Part shown: positions 53,144-59,949 of the stretch, in pieces
Layout: the number at the start of each line of letters is the position of its first letter
How positions within the stretch are numbered: position 1 is the first letter of the stretch
Assembly: GCA_964476725.1 (NCBI GenBank)
Contig: CAYZBZ010000001.1
Coordinates: 15,649-75,597 of the forward strand
Origin: an uncultured Vicinamibacterales bacterium
GTDB lineage: Bacteria > Acidobacteriota > Vicinamibacteria > Vicinamibacterales > 2-12-FULL-66-21
Direction: 5' to 3'
DNA length: 59,949 nucleotides
The notes under the pieces: generated by a model
Seen by the model: only the letters and a program-made list of their open reading frames with translations
What the model was told of the DNA's origin: nothing
Databases searched by the model: none
Program-made: the position numbers and the translations under genes

Positions 53144-54202
53144 TTACGGCGTGAAGGGCGGCGCAATGCGGAAGGCGCCGTTTGGCTTGACGCGACGGAT
53201 GAGGATCAGGCTCGTGGCTCCGAGGATCGGCGAGCTCGCGACGTTGGTGGCATCGGTCAGCGTGCGCCAGGTCGAGCCGTTGCCCCGCAGGTAGAAGAGC
53301 TCGAATGGCCTCGGCGCACCGAGCAACACCTGGATCTGGTCGGCGAACGCGAACACGTTGTTGCCGGTCCACCGAGTGCCTTGGGGAGCGGCGGGGTCGA
53401 CGAACGCGCCGATCTGGATCGGTGAGAGGTCCTGGGGAAAACCGGAAGCGAACGACTGGACGCCGCGCACCAGGTTCTTCCGGAATGCGTTCGTGCGCAC
53501 GTTGCCCGCGTGCCGCCAGACCTGTGCGGCGTACTTGGATTCGAGAACGAAGCTGCCGTCCGGCGGCAGCACCTTGTCGCGAAAGTCTTCAGCGCTTCCG
53601 GCCTTCCTCCACGTGACGCGGTCGGCGCGCAGGAAGTAGCGCTCGGCCCGGCCGTTCTCCAGGACCTCAACGGCATCCGCCAGGAAGATGTTGTCCCTTC
53701 CAACCAGGCCTGGCGTGAGCATCTGCTGCAGACGCGCCAGGGTCACGTGGGATCTCAGAATGCATCGCGCGCCGGCGAGGATGCTGGTCGTGAGCGCCCT
53801 TAACGTACTGACCGATCCCGCACCGAGCGTCAGGATCAGCGTCGAATCATTCGCGGCGATGGTGGCATCGGTGTCGACATCGAAGCGCTCGCCGGCAAGC
53901 GAACCCGTCGCGACCTCGACGTAGTACTTGCCGCCGCCGGCGAGCAGGGGGCCCAGGCTGCCGTCGCTCACCGGAAAGGCCAGAGCAGTCGCAGTGTTCG
54001 AAGCCACCACACCCACGAAGAGGTCCTCGACGATAAGCGGAACGGCCAACCCGGACAGTCCGCGTTCCACCCTCCTGCTCGTGACGCCGACCGGCGACGA
54101 CGTGACCGTCGTCTGCGCCTGGAGAATCGGAGGTGTCAGCACACCGACCGTAAACAACACGGCGAGAGTGGACTGCCGGAACGAGAGCGTCATGGTCATC
54201 AC
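53144..54202 (-). CDS. Secreted hypothetical protein, translationally coupled partner of the giant PATR protein (TIGR02597-like by recollection)
   Basis: 352 aa with a signal peptide. The start overlaps the upstream stop by 4 nt. Beta-rich, with no catalytic motif recognised. Confidence 0.65.
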   Translation of the reverse strand: MMTMTLSFRQSTLAVLFTVGVLTPPILQAQTTVTSSPVGVTSRRVERGLSGLAVPLIVEDLFVGVVASNTATALAFPVSDGSLGPLLAGGGKYYVEVATGSLAGERFDVDTDATIAANDSTLILTLGAGSVSTLRALTTSILAGARCILRSHVTLARLQQMLTPGLVGRDNIFLADAVEVLENGRAERYFLRADRVTWRKAGSAEDFRDKVLPPDGSFVLESKYAAQVWRHAGNVRTNAFRKNLVRGVQSFASGFPQDLSPIQIGAFVDPAAPQGTRWTGNNVFAFADQIQVLLGAPRPFELFYLRGNGSTWRTLTDATNVASSPILGATSLILIRRVKPNGAFRIAPPFTP

Positions 54203-57200
54203 CTGTCCCCTCCGCCGGCGGGAAGCGTCGCCGCGAGGCGGAAGAACTGATTCGGCCGCTGCGAGAGAGGCACCGCCGAACGGACGACGACATCCTCCGT
54301 GCCGTCCCCGAGTGGCGTGGCGGAGACTTGTTCAACAGCGAGCAGGTTCGAGAACGTCAGATCAGAGGAGGCCAGCACCTGCGTCGTCACGCCCCCCAGG
54401 TCGAGCCGTCGAACGAAGGCAACGGCCGGGTACGTCTGGCCATCGACGACGACGGTGGAGGCCACGATTCCGGACACGCTCGTGTGGAGCGGATCGCGGC
54501 CGAGGACGAACTCGAGGAGGTTGGTGAGGCCGTCGTTGTCCGGGTCTTGCGCGGCCCCCTGCTGGTCTGCGGGCAGGCCCGCAAGATAGGCCCAATGCGA
54601 GTAGGCGGCAGTGGGCCCGGCGCCGGTGATCAGGAACTGCAGGCTGGTCGGACCGAGCAGGAAGACGCCGCGATGATCGGGCAGGCCGCTGTAAATGAAG
54701 TCGCTCGGCACACAGTCTGTCGCGGCGAACGTCGCCAGAGTGAAAACGCTGCCGGCCGCAAGCGGTGCAGATGCCGCAAGCGCCGCGTGCAACCCGCCCG
54801 CGCCACCTTTGTTCAGCGCGCCAGTGAGAGTAAGCCGATTGCCGGCGGCGAGGTCGATTGCGAGAGCGCCGCCACTGTTCCAGGTCAGCGTCGAGGCCGT
54901 GAGGGTGGAGCCCGGCGATGCGCTCCCTGGTTGAATGATGCCACCGGCGCCCAGGACCACGGCGCGATCGACGGTGCCCGCGCCGGCCAGGATGCCACCG
55001 CCGTTGACGGCCAATAGATCGCCGGTCCCGAGACTGCCGTCCACACGGAGGACACCGGCGTTGACGGCGACCGCGCCGGAGAACGTGTTCGCCGCGCTGA
55101 GGACGAGCGTGCCGAGGCCAGCCTTGGTGAAGCCTCCGGGCCCGGACAGGCCGCCGGGGAGCGCGATGTCGTGAGGCCCATCGAACGCATCGGCCGCCTT
55201 GATGATGACGTTGCCAGCGGCGGGAAGGGTGATGGGGACGGACGTAGACCAGGTGTCCTTCGCCCCCAGCGTCCCCGCACTGAAGTTGAGGTTTGTGGCG
55301 AAGGTTCCCGCGCCGTTCCGGACGATGCCGCCAGACCCCAGGTAAAGCGTGCCGCCGTTGATCGTGACGGTGGCGGATCCCGCCGTCACGGTCGCGTTGA
55401 AGCCCAGCGTGATCTTCTCGGCGGTGCTCACGCCTCCGGTGAAGGCCGCGGACGCGACGTTGTTGACGTTGGTTCCGCTGGTGCGGGCGAGCACGATTCC
55501 ATTCAACGCGTCCGTGGAGGTGAAGATGCCACCGATCACCCGCATGGCCCCACCGCGGCCGGCGGTGGCCTGGTTGCCGATGGTGACCGCGCCCGTCGCG
55601 GTGAGCGATCCACCGGCCACCGTCAGCGCGCCGTTGGAGTTGTTGGTGCCCAGGCCCATGGTCCCCACGGTGACGATGCCGCCGTTGACGATGAAGCCGG
55701 AGTTGAAGTCGGGAGTCGCCGCGCTGTTGCGCCGGATGTTGACGTCGGTGGCGAAGAAAGTGCCGCCGTTGATGAGGAACGTGCTCCCGAAGTCGGAATT
55801 GGTGCGCACGGCGGCGAACGTCGCCGTGCCGGAGTCGAGGGTGAAGAGGCCCCCGACGCCGCCGCCGATCGTGACCAGGCCACCGGCCGACAAGGATCCG
55901 CCGTTGACGTGCAGGCGTACGCCACCGGTCACGCCGACATTCACCGTTCCCGCCCCCGTGTTGAGCGATGAACCCGGATCCAGGCGCAGCGTGCCGCCGT
56001 TCACATTGACCGAGCCGGTCAGGGTGTTGGCGCGGTCGAGCACCAGCGCGCCCGGACCGATCTTGGTGAGGCCCGCCGTCCCCGCGAGTGACGTCGCCAG
56101 CCGCGCCGCGGCGTCGCTGCCGAGCGCGTTGACGGTGAGGGTCGGCGCGCCGCCGGCCACGGCGAGCGTCAGCGTATTGCCAGGGTTGCCGTTGTCGTCA
56201 ATGATCCAGTTCCCCGTCGAGCTCGGATCGGAATCGCCGAAGACGAGGTTCCCGATAATTTGCGGCGAGTCCAGGTGCACGACGTTGTCGTCCACCAGCT
56301 CGATCGTGCTGAACGTCGCCGTGTTGCCGACGCCGCTGCCGACGATACCATCCTGCCAGTTGGCGTTGTCGCTCCAAAGGCCGCCGCTGAGGGCGCGCAG
56401 CCACGTCCCGTTCCCCGCCAGAAGACGCGTGAAGACCTGTCCCGCGCTGAAACCTCCGGTCAGGATGTTGCCGGCGGCGTCCGCGATCCCGGTGCCGCCG
56501 CCGTTCACGTCCAGCCGCACGGTACCCTCTCCCGACAGGGGACCGATCGTCACGTCGGACGCGCTACCGCTCGAGCCGGTGAGGCCGGAGATCGCTCCAG
56601 CCAGGCCGCCGCCGAACGTCAGCGTGAAGTCGGGCGCGTCCACGCCGCTCACCGGCTCGCTGAACGTCACACGAAAGATGATGGTGTCGGTACTGCCCGA
56701 CGCGGCGGTGGGATTCAAGCGGTTGATGGAAACGACCCGTGGAGCGGCCGTGTCGACGATCACCGGGAACACAGGCGAGGAAGGGCTCGAGCCGCTTGCG
56801 GTCGTCGCCGTAGCCCTGAACGCGTAGCTTCCGTCGGCCAGCGCCGTGCCCGTGTGATCGAGGGTCCACACGCCCCCGCCGCCCGCGATGGTAGAGCCGA
56901 TGATGCCGGAGCCGGCGAGCGTGACCGAGACTGTGTCGCCCGGAGCGGCGCTGCCGGTGAGGACGAGCCTGTTGTCGGCCGTGATGCCGTCGGACGGGGC
57001 GCCGGTATCGTCCGAGATGGCGAGGATGGACGGCGTGGTGACCGCCGTGTTGACGGCAACCGGCGCGGATAGGGCGCTCGTGTTGCCTGCGACGTCGGTG
57101 ACGGTGACGGTGAACGAATGCGAGGCGAGTGGAAGCGGCGACCCCGCGCTCACCGTCCAGCGTCCCGCGGCGTCGGCGATGGCGGTCCCGAACGTACCGG

Positions 57201-59547
57201 TGCCGGCCAGGGTCGCCTCGATCCTGCCTCCCGCTTCCGCCGTGCCGCGCAGCACCAGTCCAGGCTCGGCGGCCACGCTTTCGATAATCGGAGGAGAAGG
57301 CGCGGTCGTGTCGACGGTGATCCCGAATCGCGCGGACAGCGGACCCGTCGTCCCCGTCCCGTCGGTGGCCGTGCCGACGAAGGTGGAGACACCTTCCGGA
57401 AGCGCGGTGCCGCTGTAATCGAGCGTCCAGCTGCCCGCGCCGTCGACCGCGGCCGTTCCGATCACCCCTACTCCGAAGCGGGTGACAGTCACGCTGGTCC
57501 CTGGTACCGCGGTGCCGCTCAGCGCAAGTCTGGAGTCGCGGGTGACGAAGTCGGCGGCAGACGCGCCCGTGTCCTCTGAGACGGCAGTGAACACGGGGGC
57601 TGCCGGCCCGAGCAGCGTGCGCAGCGACGTCACGACGTTCGGCGCAGGCGGCACAGCCATGCCGTCGCCAAGGAAGAAGCTCGGGTGCGGCGGCTGGTTA
57701 TAGCCCGTCTGCTGCGAGACGATCGCTTCCCGATACTGACGATCGTGCATGAGCGTGTGGAACCGGTACGTCGTTGGAATGGTCGTCGTGTAAATGCGGA
57801 GCGCATCGTTGGTGGACTCGCGCCAGATGACCTCTTCACGCCAGTCGCCGAGGATGTCGGCGCTGAGGCTCGGGGTGGCCTTGGTGCCGTTGTTCGACAA
57901 GACGCCCGGCGGCGCAAGCAGCGTGCTCGTGTTGCCCGCGAGCCAGTTCCACTTCGAGATGGTTGTCCCGTCGAGGAGCTCCCGCAGCAGGTCGCCGTCC
58001 CACCACACGCCGAAGTTGATCGAAGGCTTCGTGGAGGAGATCGCGACGCCGCGCGGACCGAGGACTGAATTTGGTGTCGAGAGCTGGGCCGTGTACATGC
58101 CGCCGGTGGGACCCGAGCCCCACATCTCGTAGCCGCGGTAGCGGGGATCGACGTCCAGCGCCAGGCCGCGTCCGATGTCCCCCGCGCCCTGGACGCCGAA
58201 GACGAGGGCGCCGGTGCGCGCGTCGCGCAGCTCGAGCGCGTTCGGGCCGTACTGCCCGGGGCTCTCGTGCGGCTGGAAGACTTCCAGGCCGGGCCGGTTG
58301 GGGTCCATGTCGGACATGTGGATCGCGTCGCCGTGCCCCAGACCAGTGGTAAAGAGGCCGCTGCCGTCGTGGTCGATCGCACTGGCGCCGTACATGATCT
58401 CGTCGCGGCCGTCGCCGTCCACGTCGCCGACGCTCAGGTTGTGATTGCCCATGCCCCGCCAGCCGGCGTACGGGTTTGGCGTGACGGTGTGGCCGGTGTC
58501 GAAGGTCCAGACGTTGGCCAGCGCGCCGTCGCGCCAGTTCCAGGCCGCGAGCACGGTTCGCGTGTAGTAGCCGCGGGCCATCACCAGGCTGGGCCGCTTC
58601 CCATCGAGATACGCGACCGTGGCCAGGAAGCGGTCCACGCGGTTGCCGTACGTGTCCCCCCAATCGCCGACGGTTCCGCGCGGGACGACGTAAGGCGTGG
58701 TGGCGAGGGCGCTGCCGGTCCGGCCGTCGAAGATGGTGAGGAACTCGGGGCCCGAGAGGATATAGCCCGCGGTGTTGCGCCAGTCGGCGGTGGGATCGCC
58801 GATCGCGTGGCCGGTGCCGTCGACGGCTCCATCGGCCGTCTTGCAGGCGATCTCGGCTCTGCCGTCGCCGTCGAGATCGTAGACGATCAACTGCGTGTAG
58901 TGGGCGCCGGCGCGGATGTTGCGCCCGAGATCGATGCGCCACAGCCGCGTGCCGGTCAACGTGTAGGCGTCGATGTATACGTTGCCGGTGTAGCCGCTTT
59001 GCGAGTTGTCTTTCGCGTTCGACGGGTCCCACTTGACGACCAGCTCGTATTCCCCGTCACCGTCGAGGTCGCCGGCGCCGGTGTCGTTCGGGCTGTACGT
59101 GTACGGCTCCCCCGCTGGTGTTGTGCCGCCGGATGGAACCTGAAGGGGCACGCGCAGGTACGGCTGCACGGGCGCGCCCGCCGGCACGGTGAAGCCGGCG
59201 CTCGGCGGCTGCTCGAGGCCGAACAGGATCGGCCGCACGAAGTAGGCGTTGGGCTGCGTCAGGTCTGCGGTGCCGTCCACGTAATGCGTCGGGCCGGTCA
59301 TGGGAGCGGCGTTGAGGCGGACCGGATCGGCGCCAGCAGTGGAGCGATACAGGTTGAACGCAATGTCCGGCGGGTCGGTACCGAGCACGCGCCAGCCCAC
59401 GAAGACGTCGGTGGCTGTCGAGCGGACGGCGACCACGCCGCGCCCGAGGTCTTCCATGAGCGAGGGCATCAGCGAGGGCTGCGCGTCCAGTCGTCCTGTC
59501 GTGAGCACGAGGAAGGCGCCGACAAGGAGGACCGTGTATCTCTTCAT
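54199..59547 (-). CDS. Giant secreted protein: PL11 rhamnogalacturonan-lyase-like beta-propeller + Ig-like domains + autotransporter-associated beta-strand (PATR) repeats + Ca-binding-type C-terminal domain
   Basis: 1782 aa with a signal peptide. Residues about 30-625 carry 'DLGRGVVAV...VGWRVLGTDP..IAFNLYR' and FG-GAP-like 'DLDGDGEYE', 'DLDGDGRAE' and 'DVDGDGRDE'. Residues about 640-1040 have 'VDTTAPSPP' / 'VDTAAPRVV' Ig-like repeats. Residues about 1040-1640 have 'GPGALVLDRANTLTGSVNVNGGTLRL' and 'GLGTLVLSAANTFSGAVAVNAGVLRV'. The C-terminus has 'DPDNDGLTNLLEFVLGRDP' and '...QFFRL'. Confidence 0.85.
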   Translation of the reverse strand: MKRYTVLLVGAFLVLTTGRLDAQPSLMPSLMEDLGRGVVAVRSTATDVFVGWRVLGTDPPDIAFNLYRSTAGADPVRLNAAPMTGPTHYVDGTADLTQPNAYFVRPILFGLEQPPSAGFTVPAGAPVQPYLRVPLQVPSGGTTPAGEPYTYSPNDTGAGDLDGDGEYELVVKWDPSNAKDNSQSGYTGNVYIDAYTLTGTRLWRIDLGRNIRAGAHYTQLIVYDLDGDGRAEIACKTADGAVDGTGHAIGDPTADWRNTAGYILSGPEFLTIFDGRTGSALATTPYVVPRGTVGDWGDTYGNRVDRFLATVAYLDGKRPSLVMARGYYTRTVLAAWNWRDGALANVWTFDTGHTVTPNPYAGWRGMGNHNLSVGDVDGDGRDEIMYGASAIDHDGSGLFTTGLGHGDAIHMSDMDPNRPGLEVFQPHESPGQYGPNALELRDARTGALVFGVQGAGDIGRGLALDVDPRYRGYEMWGSGPTGGMYTAQLSTPNSVLGPRGVAISSTKPSINFGVWWDGDLLRELLDGTTISKWNWLAGNTSTLLAPPGVLSNNGTKATPSLSADILGDWREEVIWRESTNDALRIYTTTIPTTYRFHTLMHDRQYREAIVSQQTGYNQPPHPSFFLGDGMAVPPAPNVVTSLRTLLGPAAPVFTAVSEDTGASAADFVTRDSRLALSGTAVPGTSVTVTRFGVGVIGTAAVDGAGSWTLDYSGTALPEGVSTFVGTATDGTGTTGPLSARFGITVDTTAPSPPIIESVAAEPGLVLRGTAEAGGRIEATLAGTGTFGTAIADAAGRWTVSAGSPLPLASHSFTVTVTDVAGNTSALSAPVAVNTAVTTPSILAISDDTGAPSDGITADNRLVLTGSAAPGDTVSVTLAGSGIIGSTIAGGGGVWTLDHTGTALADGSYAFRATATTASGSSPSSPVFPVIVDTAAPRVVSINRLNPTAASGSTDTIIFRVTFSEPVSGVDAPDFTLTFGGGLAGAISGLTGSSGSASDVTIGPLSGEGTVRLDVNGGGTGIADAAGNILTGGFSAGQVFTRLLAGNGTWLRALSGGLWSDNANWQDGIVGSGVGNTATFSTIELVDDNVVHLDSPQIIGNLVFGDSDPSSTGNWIIDDNGNPGNTLTLAVAGGAPTLTVNALGSDAAARLATSLAGTAGLTKIGPGALVLDRANTLTGSVNVNGGTLRLDPGSSLNTGAGTVNVGVTGGVRLHVNGGSLSAGGLVTIGGGVGGLFTLDSGTATFAAVRTNSDFGSTFLINGGTFFATDVNIRRNSAATPDFNSGFIVNGGIVTVGTMGLGTNNSNGALTVAGGSLTATGAVTIGNQATAGRGGAMRVIGGIFTSTDALNGIVLARTSGTNVNNVASAAFTGGVSTAEKITLGFNATVTAGSATVTINGGTLYLGSGGIVRNGAGTFATNLNFSAGTLGAKDTWSTSVPITLPAAGNVIIKAADAFDGPHDIALPGGLSGPGGFTKAGLGTLVLSAANTFSGAVAVNAGVLRVDGSLGTGDLLAVNGGGILAGAGTVDRAVVLGAGGIIQPGSASPGSTLTASTLTWNSGGALAIDLAAGNRLTLTGALNKGGAGGLHAALAASAPLAAGSVFTLATFAATDCVPSDFIYSGLPDHRGVFLLGPTSLQFLITGAGPTAAYSHWAYLAGLPADQQGAAQDPDNDGLTNLLEFVLGRDPLHTSVSGIVASTVVVDGQTYPAVAFVRRLDLGGVTTQVLASSDLTFSNLLAVEQVSATPLGDGTEDVVVRSAVPLSQRPNQFFRLAATLPAGGGDR

Positions 59548-59653
59548 GATGTGTATGTCGGTGATCGCTCAGCGGATCCCGGCTTGACCTGACGACTCGC
59601 GATGGCGCGCTGGACGAGCGCCGGGACGTCTCGCATTTGCTAGTGTCCCGTCA

Positions 59654-59899
59654 CTACCCGGGCTTCGCTTTCAGCTTCGGCTCGTTCTCTTTGATGAAGG
59701 TGCGAATCTCGTCCGCCATGGACAGGAGCTTCGTCCACTGTTCCTTATATAAGGTGACGGGGAACCGGCCGAGCCCGTACACCGAGACTCCGCCCTTCTC
59801 GCTGACCTTGAGGCTGACGCTGCGTCCGCGCTGGCTCTTGAGCTGCTCGTTCTCCGCCTTCAGTCGCTCGAGCTCGGCTTTGAGATCTTCATCTGACAC
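59654..59899 (-). CDS. Small hypothetical protein (N-terminal coiled coil)
   Basis: 81 aa, 'MSDEDLKAELERLKAENEQLKSQRG...VSEKGGVSVYGLGRFPVTLYKEQW'. It is clean, Lys-rich and unlike a GC-shadow ORF. Confidence 0.6.
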   Translation of the reverse strand: MSDEDLKAELERLKAENEQLKSQRGRSVSLKVSEKGGVSVYGLGRFPVTLYKEQWTKLLSMADEIRTFIKENEPKLKAKPG

Positions 59900-59949
59900 T
59901 GGTAGATCCTACCGTTCTCCAGCCGGCGGTGCCGGCTGGGTGAAAGCAA

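Overview
A 59.9-kb, very GC-rich bacterial chromosomal window. Gene content suggests a soil Acidobacteriota-, Gemmatimonadota- or Verrucomicrobiota-like organism, but that is inference only. I support about 45 protein genes and see no rRNA, tRNA or CRISPR. Many long Arg/Pro/Gly-rich ORFs in the six-frame track are antisense shadows of real genes. The content is dominated by secreted and envelope proteins: two S9 peptidases (one frameshifted), a DmpA-type aminopeptidase, a translationally coupled amidohydrolase pair, an M48 peptidase, DUF1080, a cytochrome-c/PQQ dehydrogenase with an in-frame TAG, three outer-membrane barrels, a DUF2723 membrane protein and a 1782-aa PL11-lyase/Ig/PATR giant protein with a coupled partner gene. 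It also contains a SWIM-SNF2 helicase cluster, a 1112-aa CPBP intramembrane protease, a secreted PI4K-type-II-like kinase fold paired with a metallophosphoesterase, YdbS/YdbT plus a coiled-coil GAF protein and a STAS protein, a cupredoxin/HD-GYP/OM-barrel operon, and an acyl-AMP ligase-ACP-PlsC tri-domain fusion. The most accessory-looking stretch is about 43.6-48.8 kb. It holds a MORC-like GHKL ATPase, a truncated ORF6N remnant, a stand-alone KOW-Smr protein, YciH/SUI1, vapBC and small coiled-coil proteins. Non-coding structure worth attention includes a 22-bp exact inverted repeat bracketing a 3.5-kb two-gene module, three 12-bp direct repeats abutting a -35 box, a tandem 42-bp palindromic element, and a family of short GAAC/TTCG-based tandem repeats in intergenic spacers. 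All family calls come from motif recognition by eye; no database search was run.
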